From NCBI GenBank assembly GCA_013265495.1, contig MU058153.1:808001-872000 (forward strand): 64,000 nucleotides of DNA, in the 5' to 3' direction. The notes below the pieces were generated by a model. It had not been told where the DNA came from. It saw only the letters and a list, made by a program, of their open reading frames with translations, and searched no databases. This stretch comes from Vicugna vicugna (Eukaryota). The position numbers and the translations under genes are program-made. Positions 51,591 through 63,780 of the stretch are shown here, piece by piece; the first letter of the stretch is position 1; each line of letters opens with the position of its first letter.

Positions 51591-54500
51591 TCTAATATGT
51601 TGGCTGTTGGTGGCTTTTTCATTGTCTTAGCCTATTTCAAGAATCAATGGACATTAATAAGAGTCTTAACTCTCTTACACATTTCTCTGGCATATGAGTA
51701 GGAGGAGAGTAAAAAGAGTTTTGCTAATGATGCTCAGAAGCTTTCTGTCCAACTACAAAAGACAGTTGATCTTGTTTCAGCAAAACTCCACAGAAGATAG
51801 AGGAGGACACAGCGAGATGAGAACTAGCAGCAGATACAGGAGCCATTCAACTTGGTACTAGAAACGTTTTTGTCTGTGGGTTCAGAATCCCCTGAGAGTA
51901 AGTATTGAGGACACTGAAAAGAGAATGTGCTGAATGGGAAGAGCCCTGCCCTGTGTGCCTTTAAGCTAATCTGCTGTGCCGGCTTCCACAGAGGTAGTAG
52001 GTGTTCCAGGACTCTGTAACAGTGGTCTCTCCCAGCAGCTTCTTGTGTGCTTTCCACCTGTCTATTTCATCTTATCTTCGTCCTTGACTCCACCTCCTGC
52101 ACATAAGTACACGTGGTCTGTCTTCACTAGGCTTTGAAATGTGGTCTCTTGAGCTGACATTCTTTAAAAGACTTGGCTCAGATTCATCCTATTGGCTCTT
52201 TGCACTTAGGGAACCCACATGTAACAAACCCTGATGTAAGTGTCCCTCAGAGCCAGGCATGTCTGCTTGGGCTTCCACAAAAGGAAGGAAGTCTATTTCA
52301 GTTGCCAAAGACAACTGTAAATAGTGCACAGTGAATAATATTTTAAAGGATTTATGATGGCTGGCCAGGTGCCCTCATGATGGTTCTTCCCTCCCTTCAA
52401 ATTCTTCACAAAACGGAAAATGTATAAACAATTTCCCTTTGTGTTTTGTCTTTGTTTTTATGTGTTTAGTGAAGCACATCAGAAAAATTGGATATGGAAA
52501 AAAATCTTGCCTTTTTATCTTGTCAATCCCTTAGCTCTGTTGGTTGACATAATCTCAAATGGATCTCAAATAACCTTCTTGTAGCCTCCTTGCCTTATTC
52601 CCCAGGGTGTCTGTGAATGTAGTGTTTCCAAATGAGTCAAAGTCAAACTGTAAGATTCTGGATGTCCTTTACTTTGCTTCCTTACCATGAATATGATATC
52701 AGCATTTACCACATCATTTAAAATATAATCACACCAGCCTCTATGCTTGTTCTTCATTCTGTCTGTCTTCCTTCAACATGTCTTACTTTACATATAGACT
52801 TACTTTTTTTGCTTCTACTAAATTGAATAGTGAGTATTATCTTTGAAGAAAAAGAGTGATTTTTAAATTATTGGAATATTAAGACAATACTTGGGAAAAA
52901 AACTAGAACCTGTCTTTAAACTAGTGTCATTCTGCTTGTATTTATTCAGGTAATAGTTCTCATGTCAAAAATTAGACAAATTCAATGACAAATGATTATC
53001 TTTTGCATATTGTTTTGTTTTAAATTCATGACTTTTCAATTTTTCATTATAGCAGTAATATATCAGCAGAATAGGAGTTTGCAAAGAAGGATATATCACT
53101 CAACTCCGTAACTTTAACGTAACATCTCAAATTAATATTTTGGAGTATTCGCTGGTGTTTGTTTTTCTATGCATATTTTTAAAGTTATAACCATAAAAGG
53201 CATATTGTGTTGCTCCTGGCTTTTTTTTTTCCACTTAATACATATTCTGAGCATTTCCCCATACTATTATGTAGTCATGATAAACGATGACTATTGAGTT
53301 TTTACTCTTCCTCTATAATGGCAAATGGTCATAAGGTTTACTTTAAACATAAATCACTGTGGCTTCTTATCCATGCTTTGAAATATGGAGGCACGTTATT
53401 ATTCAAAACCACTAGACTAAATTGTTCAGCATCAATAAAATGAAATGCCACTGCTTGCAATTCCGGCCTTAATTTGGTGATTTGTAGCACTTTCTCTCCA
53501 CCTACCATGTAATGAGGGTCTCTTGATGAATTTGGCAACAGGAGCAGAGACATAAGTCTGTGACTCATAACACTGTCTCATGACTGCCCAGACTTACAGC
53601 CTGGTGTTTGGAACCTGCTTCCCTTGAGGTTTGTTCCAATTTTAATTTGAGCTGCTCAGCTAAGGCTTAACAAAGGCAGGCACATCCAGTGGCAAGATGA
53701 ATAATGGGCAATCTGAGAGCAGCGCTTGGAGAGGCCTAGGGCGACCTATATTAACACGGTGACCTTGGGTTTATTAGAATAAAGAACCACCCGCAAGGTG
53801 GGGGCAACCAAATCAGTCACCTCTGGATGTGGGTCTGTGTGCGACTCCATGCGTATTTCTCCTTACCCATTGACCTCTGTGTATGCACAGGTTCTGTTAC
53901 TTAAACTGAAGTAGTTTATTCGATAACCATTGTTAACTAATCTGTTTGTAATATTTAATGCCAAAATCCACAGAGGAAAGTAGTTCAAAGAAGAATTAAG
54001 ACAAATCTCTGTTGCCCTTTGAAAATTTTATAGAACTGTAACCCGACTATGGAAAAATTAAATGGAAGAGGAAAAATTCTCTAAGTAAATGTAGGCAGTT
54101 GTCTGACTCCTGTTATAATGTAAGCACGTGTTAAATGGAAGACAGGTTTACCTCAGGATCACAAATATCTACAGCCTGCTTCACAATTCTGGATTTTCAA
54201 AAAAGTGCCATAGACCAGCAGAGGAGAGCTGAGATTACTGATCAGCAGGAAGCTGTGTGAAGCTCAAAAAAGGTCAGAGTAAGATTCAATATAGTATTGC
54301 CTAATACCTGTTAGAGGTAGAAGGTAGCCAAGCAATGCTATGTTAAGTCATCTCCTCAATAATCCAGGGCTTTTCCAGAAATCTAATTCCATTTGATTAG
54401 TATCTTGGGTCAGGAAAGGGCTGCATTAAAATTCAGAAGATATTTGCATTGTGGGTGTATTTTTTTAATTATGTAAAGCCCTCTTAGCTTGTCAGACAAA

Positions 54501-54849
54501 ACATTAGACTAGATTTAAGGCAGGCCAGGAAGGCGATGCCAGGCTGGGTGACTTTCAAATGTAGTCTTGCAAGGCTCCTGAGAGTCTGAAACTCTGTTAT
54601 GTTTCTCTGTGAACTTCTCTCACCACCAACACACTTAATTTACGTGTCTCAAGAGGTAAAGAGGTTTGTCCGAGTAGAATGGGAAAAAAAAAGGAAAACA
54701 AGATAGTTCATAAAAGGATTCGGTTAGAAATATTTAGTTGACATATGGTAATGGATTCTTTTCCTGCTTTATGTCAAGAAATGAGTTATGTGACTGAGGA
54801 TTCATTTCACTGAAAAGAAACCAATCTTGGGTGGTGGGAACTCCTAGGT

Positions 54850-55162
54850 TCTGGAGGAAAATGGATTCAACTTAATTCTAGCTCAAAACTTTACCACCTG
54901 TGTGACCTCGGTTAGAGCCGCTGAATGTCAGTTTCCATCACTGCAACTTACCTTCTATTTGATAAATCAGAAATACTTACTGGGCACCTCCTTTGTACCA
55001 GGCATTATTCCAACTACTGTAAATTCAGCAATAGAAGAACTCTGCCCCTCACGGAGTTTATCTTCTAATACTTTTAGGATTATTAAGCTGATTAAGTGAA
55101 ATCATGTATTTAAATCTTCTTGCATAGTGCCTCATACACAGTGAGTACTCAGTAAATGTTCC
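54850..55162 (+). mobile_element. MIR interrupted by an antisense L2 3' end (~54955-55068)
   Basis: MIR 5' half (CTGTGTGACCTCGG...TCAGTTTCC), then L2 (TACTTACTGGGCACCTCCTTTGTACCAGGCATT...CTGCCCCTCACGGAGTTTA), then MIR 3' half (GATTAAGTGAAAT...CATAGTGCCT...AGTACTCAGTAAATGTT). Confidence 0.7.
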
Positions 55163-55458
55163 TGTTGCTTCTGTTTCTCCAATGCTTTTTCAAAATTCAT
55201 GAATAAAAATCGTAAGCCAACCTAGTAGGATGTTGACACATTTTGACTTAACCTTTCCCTGTCAAATGCAGACTTATTAAACACCAGACCATGTTAGTCT
55301 TGTCCGTTTCAAATGTGACAGCCTCTACACATTGATCTGAATCTGTCAATAGAGCCACTTTGTCGCCTTTCTACTTTTTCTCATAGGAAACTCTTATTTA
55401 CCTTTCAAGCACAAGTTCCAATGCTACGTCTTCTCCAATGTCTTTTTTTTCCCTCCCC

Positions 55459-55652
55459 TTTTTTTAAATTGAAACATAGTTGATTTACAATGTTGTATTA
55501 GTTTCTGTTGTACAGCATAGTGATTCAGTTATACATGTATATACATATTCTTTTTCACATTCTTTTTTATTATAGGTTATTACTACTCTGTACCCAATAA
55601 ATAAACAACAAGATCCTACTCTATAGCACAGGGAACCATATCTAATACCTTT
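55459..55652 (-). mobile_element. Miniature 5'-inverted L1 (~190 bp)
   Basis: 55459-55583 is the antisense L1 terminus; ~55579-55652 is the immediately upstream L1 3'UTR in sense orientation (compare 51112-51200). Confidence 0.85.
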
Positions 55653-55785
55653 TAGGTTGTCCTGCAAGGAAAAATTGGCTGTTCTTTTTTGCACTTCCAA
55701 AAGACTTTAGACTTACCTGAGATAATGCTATTTGCCGTGATGTATTTTCACTGTTTGTTCCCATATGTGTCTTCTCACTATCTAT

Positions 55786-56099
55786 TGTCTTAGCTTGAGC
55801 TGCTATAACACATATCATAGATCATACATCATGGCGAGGTGCCAGCAGATTGAGTGTCTGTTGAGGCTCAGCTTCCTGGTTTGCAGATGGCTGTCTTCTC
55901 ATGTGTCCATGTATGGCCGAGAGGGAAATCATCTCTCTTATGTCTCTTCTTGTAAGCGCACTAATTCCATTCATGAGGGCTCCACCTTCATGACCTATTT
56001 ACCTCGCAAAGGTCCTATCTCCAAATACCATCATATATACTGGGAATGAAGGCTTCAGCAGATGAATTTTGAGGGGACACATACACCTAGTACATTGCA
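55786..56099 (-). mobile_element. MLT1A-like MaLR solo LTR (internally deleted)
   Basis: TGTCTTAGCTTGAGCTGCTATAAC...CTTCCTGGTTTGCAGATGGCTGTCTTCTC...CCATTCATGAGGGCTCCACCTTCATGACCT...TGAATTTTGAGGGGACACA. Confidence 0.85.
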
Positions 56100-58089
56100 C
56101 ATAGTATCCAGGGCATGTTCAAGTTTCTAGCAAATATTTGATGGAAAAAAAATGAAAATGTCCATCTGAATAGAGATCAGTGAGTGTAGTAAATTTGGTT
56201 TATTCTTTGGTAAGTCCTCATTTCATCCACCCATTGGGGGATGTTGCATTAAGGAAAATTAGAGTAAATCAGAACTGCTCCACTAGGTACTTAATTTGCA
56301 GGACTTACATTTTCAATTTGTGATTTTTGCACCATAAAATTTGAACTGAGACCAAAGCCAAACATTTATTTTATAAATCATTTTTGAAAAATTCTTCCAT
56401 CTCTAGAAATACACGGTTTTGAAAATGCTGCAAATTACGTAGTGCCCTTGATAATGCTACGATTTTTTTTTTTTAATGTTGATCTCTTTGTTGCCGTTTC
56501 AGTCCCAATTTAAGTGTACCCTGCTTAGGAGCGAGAAATCTCTATGGAGGCGAGGGCTAGACAGTGTGACGGGGCGGCATGCAGCAAATTCTGTCCAGGA
56601 AGACTAATGCCAGGAGACATTTACAGTCTGTAATAGTAGCCAGTGACTCAGACAGCTTTATTGATGTGTCGTCAGGCTGAGAAGAGAAGGCACTGCAGCA
56701 GGGTGACAAGGACATGTTCTGTGTGTTCATCGACCTGCAGTCTCCCATGGAAAACGCCACAGACTTCTGAATGTCTTGAGTGGTTTTATCGATGCAGCTC
56801 CTGCCAGCTGAGCGGGGAATTGGAATCACCACATTTATTTTTCCTGTCATGTTGGCGCTGTCATTTAAGAATTTAATAGATACATAGATGATGCAGAAAA
56901 GTAGGGAAACTGAGTACCTGGTCAAATTATTTGGGGGTGGGTTGCTGGAGAAAATTGCAAAACCCCAGAAAGTCAAAGGAATATGAAATCTGCCTGAAAT
57001 GGATTGTACGTGCACGCTACTGTGGAATTTCTACAGTCTTTTGTCACTGAAATCCTCTCCTGCAGCAGGTGATGAATCTTGACCAGGGGAACCAGTCAAT
57101 GGAGCAAAACTGTCATCCGAGAAGACAATATGAAAAACTGATAGGACTTTAATACATGTCTAGTTTGTGAGTGGGTATATTCATGGGACAGGCTGAATGA
57201 GGGCATGTCAGTAGATCATAAAGTCATAGGCCCAAGAAGGACTTTGAAAGGTTATGCAATCCATTTTCCTGTCTCCAAGAGGGAAAACCCTTATAATATT
57301 GCATAAAGGAAAAACAAAACAAAACAAAATATCCTATAGATCTGCAGAGTGCAGTCAGCTTGAGAGATTAATTTCCATTTTAAATTTATAAATGGCATTT
57401 GCTTATAATTCTTTTTTATCATTAAATATTAAATTCATAATTAGTTTCTCATAAAGACAATCAATTCTGAAGCCCTTATTCTGTAATGCCCTTGATTATT
57501 AATTTATCAGTTATTTGAACCAACATACTGTATACCCAGGTATGATACTAGAAATAATGTTCTAAAGACATTTATCACAGGAATGTATAATAAGAAAAAA
57601 AGAGACATTCTTTACTCAGCTCAGCTCGAAGGAACACCTCCACACGCCTGGGTTGTCGTTGGGGGTGTGTGGGAGGCCTTAGTGAGGGCTTCTTGGAGGT
57701 TAATATCTGCAGTTTTGATGTTACTATGTATTTCACAATTAGTGTGTCTCTGTATATTTTTAAAACCATTGGTCACAGTGGAACAGCCCTCCTTATTTTC
57801 ATGTAGACTTTTTTCCTCTACCTCAGATTGGCACATTATTTCTTGCTGTTTCTTAGGAATCTTACTGCCTTACAGTTTACAAAAATATAGAGACAAAAGT
57901 AGAGAGAGATGGAAAGATGGAGAGAGAATCTTCTTTGGTCTTTCGCCCGTCTCTGGAGATCACCCAAACTGTGACCTTTCTTTCATCACACTAAGTCTTT
58001 TGAAATAATTACACTCATCCCTGTCACTCCTTCACTGTCTGGCTGCATTCCCGACTGCTCCTCTGAGATAGGTCTGTCAGAGATTGCTT

Positions 58090-58640
58090 CTGGATGCTGG
58101 GGAGCTTTTGAATCCTATCTCATTTGACCCCTTTGCAGCCTGCGGCATCCTTGACTACTCTGTACCTTAGGAAACCTTCTTTTCCTCTAACTTCTGAAGC
58201 ACCTCTCTCCTCCTCCTACTGCTGTACCCTTTACTGTCTCTTTTAGTTTCCTTTGTGCATCACAAGTGTTGGTGATCCCTGTGGTTCCATTTTTATCCTC
58301 ATTTCATCACTGTCTTCCTTTTCTTTTCACAGTGTATACGCGTACTTACTGATATCATCAACTTCCAGCTCTTCAGCTATCCTTACTATTCTGATAATTC
58401 ACGAATCTCTGTCTCCCACACTGATATCTTTGCAGAGCTAAGCCTTCCCACCGACTGTATGCTGCGTAGTGTCACTGGTGTATATTTCAAGCCTCTGTAA
58501 CTCAGAGCATCGAACACTAAACCTCTCATACCACTCCAGGCCGCACCACTTCTCCTGTGTGTCCTGTCTGTCCATCAAATGGCACTACTACTAATCACAT
58601 TCCATTGGTCAGATTTCGCTTTTCTTGATCTTCACGAACC
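58090..58640 (+). mobile_element. LINE-2 internal fragment
   Basis: ATTTGACCCCTTTGCAGC...GAAACCTTCTTTTCCTCTAACTTCTG...GTGTTGGTGATCCCTGTGGTTCCATT resemble the decayed L2 RT region. Confidence 0.55.
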
Positions 58641-59199
58641 CCACCACATCCCTATTCACTCACCTCTTAAAACATCAGTGACTATTTCTAGAGCCCTGAT
58701 AATTTTTTGCTCGTTAGTTTCAAAAATGGCACTATGGAATGTGCAGATAGCTAAGATCACAGTGAATTGCTAGACTAGGACCATGCCTGGTGCAAGGGAA
58801 GAGAAGATCAGGGTCCGCTGTCAGCAAATGTATAAAGTAGGTGATGATTATTATCCATCCTCATAACTTAGCTACTACTCTCTTTAGCCTCCAGGGTGCC
58901 TCTGATGCCAAATGGCATAAGGATTTGTCACCCACAAATTATTTTATTGTAAAAAAATAGAACTGTCTGCATTTTTAAATGAATGTTTCAGAGTCATAAA
59001 CATAAAGAAAAGTATTCCTACTCTGGAATTAAGTAATGAATTAACCTGGAAAGTAAGGATTTCTCAGACTTCTCTGTATCCTATTAAAAGATGATTAGTC
59101 TTCATACAGAAGTCAACCTTGATGTGATTAAGGCACTGTTCTTTGGACAGGGAATCCAGTATGCTGTGAAAACCATACTGGGGGAGGAGGGAGGTTACT

Positions 59200-59702
59200 A
59201 CAAGATGAATTTGAAGATATACACTGGGTCAGGTTGATGGAAAGGCCCCGTAGACCAAGCAGTGGTTTGGCATTTGTTCCAAACGCAGTGGGAAGTTTCC
59301 TAAGCATTTTTAGCTGGGATATAATATATTTCAGGCATCTGTGTGAATCGTGGTTTTATTATGAGCAAAGGAAAAAAAGGAAAAATGATCAACATATGAC
59401 AGTATCTAAAATTAGGTAGTAATAGACCTGGAGAGAAATTTAAAAATTTGGAAATATATTTTGAAGTTAGCATTACCAAATCTTTTGATGGGCTGTGTGT
59501 GATTAGAAACTATCAAAGATGTCTCCCAGGTTCTTTGCTTGAGCATGTGGGTGGATAAAGTACTAATTTTCTGAAACGGGGAAGACTGGAGGAGAAACAG
59601 AACTTGGAGAGATATTAAGAGTTGTGTTTTAGCTATGTTAAATTGGAAATGCCCGCTAGGTGACTAAGTGAAGTAAGCAGTTGTGTATATGAGTCTGAAG
59701 TT
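59200..59702 (-). mobile_element. LINE-2 fragment
   Basis: TCAAAGATGTCTCCCAGGTTCTTTGCTTGAGCA...CTGAAACGGGGAAGACTGGAGGAGAAACAG...GCAGTTGTGTATATGAGTCTG. Confidence 0.78.
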
Positions 59703-61602
59703 GTATTAGTGGTTATATTTCACAGGAGGAGAACCCTATCCTGTTTAGCTACTTTCATATAAATAAGAACCAGGTTTCCCCCTGGGCTACATAGCTCTGC
59801 AGATACAGAGTCCTAAAATCTGACGATGCAGCATCAGCTGTATTTCAGGGGCCTTTTTCTTGGGCACAAACAGCCCAGTCATATTTGGCTACCCTGATTC
59901 CTAGTCTGCTTACTTGTACAACTTTGATGACCACTTAAGGGAAAGGGAAATGATCAGTTCTCAGGGGTATACTTTAAGTTGTGTTTCTGGAATGTTTCTG
60001 AGAGATGTTACAAAGTCATCAACAGAGATTCCCAGATCACAGGTATGTTGTATGCCAGTCTTTGAACTTCACCTCTGGTCATTTTTGGTGGATGTCTTGA
60101 TAAAGAAGACATAACTTTCTGGCTGAGTCAGGTTTCTGGTCCTCTTGGTTATTTTAGCAAAATCAAGGCAGAGGAGAAAGAAAAAAAAATAAGGAGCTTT
60201 AGAGTTGGAGGTCATTAGGGAAGAAAAGCTAATGAAGTTGTGAAAGAAGTGTAATAGAGAAAAGTTAAGAGAGGGGGAAAGATGGAATTCCAAGTTGGGT
60301 TAAAGGTTGAATATTTTGGTCTCTAAAGATTAATTTGTAAATATTTGGTGGAAAATTTTGTTTCTATGAAATGTAATTGTTGTTTCTTAAGGGATGAGGA
60401 TTTGGAGAGCTGTAGATGGAGGGAAAAGCAACCACCTCATTTTGGAGGAATCTTTGGCAGCCGTGGAAATTATATAATATATATTGCCAGGGTTTTCAAC
60501 TATGAGTAGGAGCAACGTCCAAGTCTAATTGGTGGACCTGCAAGCCAGAAATTCTGAAAGCCTCTCCTTCATCCCATGTTAATTGCAAATGAACATATCT
60601 CTAGCAGAGGGAAGCCCTCGCTTCTTCAACATCCCTCACTGCTATGGTGCAACCAGTGTTTATGCTTCTGGGGAGATTACAGCCAGCTGTCTTCCATGGG
60701 AATTGCCTGGGTTGCCAGTTGGCCAGCGATGCCATCCCACTTCACTGTTAGTTAATAAAAATGCTGAGGAGAGAATGCTTTCTTTATTATTATTATTTAT
60801 TTTTTTTTAATTGAGTGATAGTCATCTTACAATGTTGTGTCAAATTCTAGTGCAGAGCACAATTTTTCAGTTATACATGAACATATATATATATATTCAT
60901 TGTCACATTTTTTTCCACTGTGAGCTACCACAAGATCTTGTATATATTTCCCTGTGCTATACTGTTTATCTATTCTGCATTTTAAAATCCCAGTCTGTCC
61001 CTTCCCACCCCCTGCCCCCTTGGCAACCACAAGACTGTATTCTATGTCTATGAGTCTGTTTCTGTTTTGTATTTATGTTTTTGTTTTTTTTTTAGATTCA
61101 TCATATGAGCGATCTCATATGGTATTTTTCTTTCTCTTTCTGGCTTACTTCACTTAGAATGACATTCTCCAGGGACATCCATGTGGCTGCAAATGGCATT
61201 ATGTTTTCATTTTTTATGGCTGAATAGTATTCTATTGTATAAATATACTACATTTTCTTTATCCAGTCATCTGTCAGTGGACATTAAAGCTGCTTCCATG
61301 TCTTGGCTATTGTAAATAGTGCTGCTAGGAACATTCGGGTGCAGGTGTCATTTTGAAGTAAGATTCCTTCTGGATATATGCCTGGAGCAGGATTCTTGGG
61401 TCATATGGTAAGTATATTCCTAGTCTTTTGAGGAATCTCCATACTGTTTTCCACAGTGGCTTTCCTTGCTTCCTTCTCCCACTCTTAATGATTTAGAGGT
61501 CTTCTTTTACAATTTTATGTTTATTCTTTTTGTAATTCATGGCAGTTATCTCCTTTCCAGTTATGAGTTTCTCATTTTTGTAGCATCCTGCTTCTTTTCT
61601 AT

Positions 61603-62501
61603 TTAGAGTAGACCTGTCAATATTTCTTTTAGCATGGGTTTAGTGTTGCTAAACTCTTTAGTTTTTGCTTGTCTGTAAAGTTCTTTATCTCTCCTTCTAT
61701 TCTAAAGGATAGCCTTGCTGGATAGAGTATCCTAGGCTGCATCTTTTTTTCATTCAGGACTTTGAGTGTATCCTGCCACTGCCTTCTGGCCTGTAGTGTC
61801 TGTGTAGAGAAATCAGCTGAGAGCCTTATGGGGATTCCCTTGTAACTCACTCTTTGTTTTTCTCTTGCTGCCTTTAGGACCATTGCTTTATCCTTGACTC
61901 TGACCATCTTGATTATGATATGTCTTGATGTGGGTCTATTTGGGTTCTTCCTGTTTGGGACCCTCTGAGCCTCCTGTACTTGGATATCTGATTCCTTTAG
62001 GTTTGGGAAGTTTTCAGTCATGATTTCTTCAAATACCTTTTCAATCCCCTTTGTTCTTTCTTCCCCTTCTGGAACCCCTATTATGCATAGATTGGCATGC
62101 TTTATGTCATCCCATAGGTCCCTTATATTGTTTTCATTGTATTTTATTTGTTTTTCTCTCAGCTGTTCTGATTGGGTGCTTTCTATTGTCCTGTCTTCTA
62201 GGTCACTTATTCATTCCTCTGCATTATCTAGCCTGCTTTGTACAGCCTTTAGGTCAGCTCTCATCTCAGCCAATGAGTTTACTAATTCTACTTGGTTCTT
62301 CTTTATAGCTTCTATTTCATTTTTGACATATTTTATATCTTTAAACACTATTTCTTTTAGTTCCTTCAGTACTTTGGTCAGTCCTTTTTTGAAATCTTGA
62401 TCTAGTAGGCCATCAATGTCTATTTCCTTGATCGTGCTTTCAGGGGATTTCTCTTGATCTTTTAATTGGGAGAGGTTCCTCTGCTTCTTCATATTGCTCA
62501 T
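61603..62501 (-). pseudogene. L1 ORF1p (~299 aa if repaired); one nonsense codon and one 1-bp deletion
   Basis: ORF-track pieces 62211-62501 and 61629-62021 share a frame, linked by AEE*ISDLEDR...LWDDIKHANLCIIGVPEGEE. Motifs ENFPNL, IRLSADFS, QARRQW, YPARLSF. A frameshift at ~61657 restores EFSNTKPMLKEILTGLL*. Confidence 0.93.
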
Positions 62502-63780
62502 ATCTCTCTGACACTGTGGCTTAAGGAGTATCAGCTATCTAGTTCTCCTGGAGATGGTGTGCTCTTAATGATTTTATTGAGGTCTTTGTGTCTTCACCCT
62601 GTTTCGTGAACTCAGCTTGCTGTTTCTAGAGGCCCTCTGTTGGCACCCTCATCTGTGCTGCTCCCAGTGGCTGTCGGCTGGCAGATCATGCCCCCTCCTA
62701 ACACTGGGTCAGGTGCTGAGCTCTTACCCTGTGGGCAGGTGGGTCATGACCCCCCCCCCAGCACCATGGTCCGGTGCTGCATTCCTGCCAAGAAGGTGGG
62801 TGGCCGCCCTCCCTTTCCCAGCACAGATCGCTCCACTGCTCTGTGCAGCTGCCTGCTCTGCCTCTGGTCAGCACTCCGGAGGCGGGCTCTGGAAAGACCA
62901 CAGAACGGCCCCATCCCTGCTCTGTGCCAAATCTCAGCTCCTTGTTTGTCTTGGTGGCACAAGTTCTCTGAGGTGCCAGGGCAGAAAGATCCTAATGTCT
63001 TGGGCTGTAAACAAGTCTCAGTCCTGCCTAGGAGGTTGCGGAGCCCCCAGGTGCAGATTCAGGTCTCAGCCCCTCCCGGACCCGGGCACTGCGCACTGGA
63101 GAAGATGGCGGCTGTGGCTGCACCCTGCCTCTCTTCTCGCGAGAAGCACCAGTAATGGCGGTGCAGGTCTGAGGAGACAAAGGCTATGGCGCCCTTCCCC
63201 GCAGGGCACACCAGCCGTGTTGCTTCGCTTTTATCACAATTTATGGAGGACTGAGGTTGTTCTGCTCCATATCCCCTCCCAGCCACGGCGTACAGCACCC
63301 TGCAGTCCTCCAGGGCTGCCTCAGTGCAGCCGCCTCATTGCTCTGCCTAGCTCGGGCAGCCCGTCCTGGCCCCAGCTGCCAGCTCCCATCTCGGGCTGGG
63401 TGTCGTGGGGACCCTCCATGCCCGTTTAACTCAGTTCTGTCAGTCAAGGGATGCTCGGGGCAGATCTGAGCCTCGGAGGCTCCCCCTCCATCCCGCTGGC
63501 CTCTACATTGGATGGGGGGAGACCCAGAGAATGAGCACCAGTCCTCATTTGTTGCTCCCTCCCTGGGGGATTGGTCCTGCACTGTTTTGGTTTTTCTTCT
63601 TTCTTTTTTCCTTTTCTCCTACAAGATTTTTGGTGTCTTTGTCTTTCGAAGAGTGACATTCTGTCGGAGTTCAGCAGGTGCTCTGGTTGGCTGAGTAGGT
63701 CCGTAGATGTGAGTTTTGGTGTATTTGTGGGAGAGGGTGAGCTACGAGCATCCTTTACTCCATCATCTTGCTTCATGTCC
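62502..63780 (-). promoter_or_regulatory. L1 5'UTR internal promoter region, GC/CpG-rich
   Basis: The only extended CpG-rich tract in the window. The 5' end reads GGACATGAAGCAAGATGATGGAG (decayed YY1-type AAGATGGCGG), and an intact AAGATGGCGG is on the + strand at 63102-63111. Confidence 0.8.

Larger units (their letters stand above)
60787..63780 (-). mobile_element. Young L1 with full 5'UTR and ORF1 but ORF2 almost entirely deleted (2,994 bp)
   Basis: Perfect 16-bp TSD GAGAATGCTTTCTTTA at 60771-60786 and 63781-63796; A-rich tail at 60787-60810; ORF1 at 62501-61603; junction to the ORF2 C-terminus at 61460/61461. Confidence 0.95.

Noticed and set aside
56557..57015. 152-aa ORF on the minus strand
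   Set aside because: Non-ATG start, no recognisable domain or exon structure; a length expected by chance in 64 kb.
57583..58008. 141-aa hydrophobic ORF
   Set aside because: Hydrophobicity reflects T-rich DNA; no recognisable family and no supporting gene structure.
62617..63429. 270-aa ORF as a host gene
   Set aside because: It lies antisense within the GC-rich L1 5'UTR, has a non-ATG start and low-information Pro/Ala/Ser/Leu/Cys composition. Kept only as a weak note.
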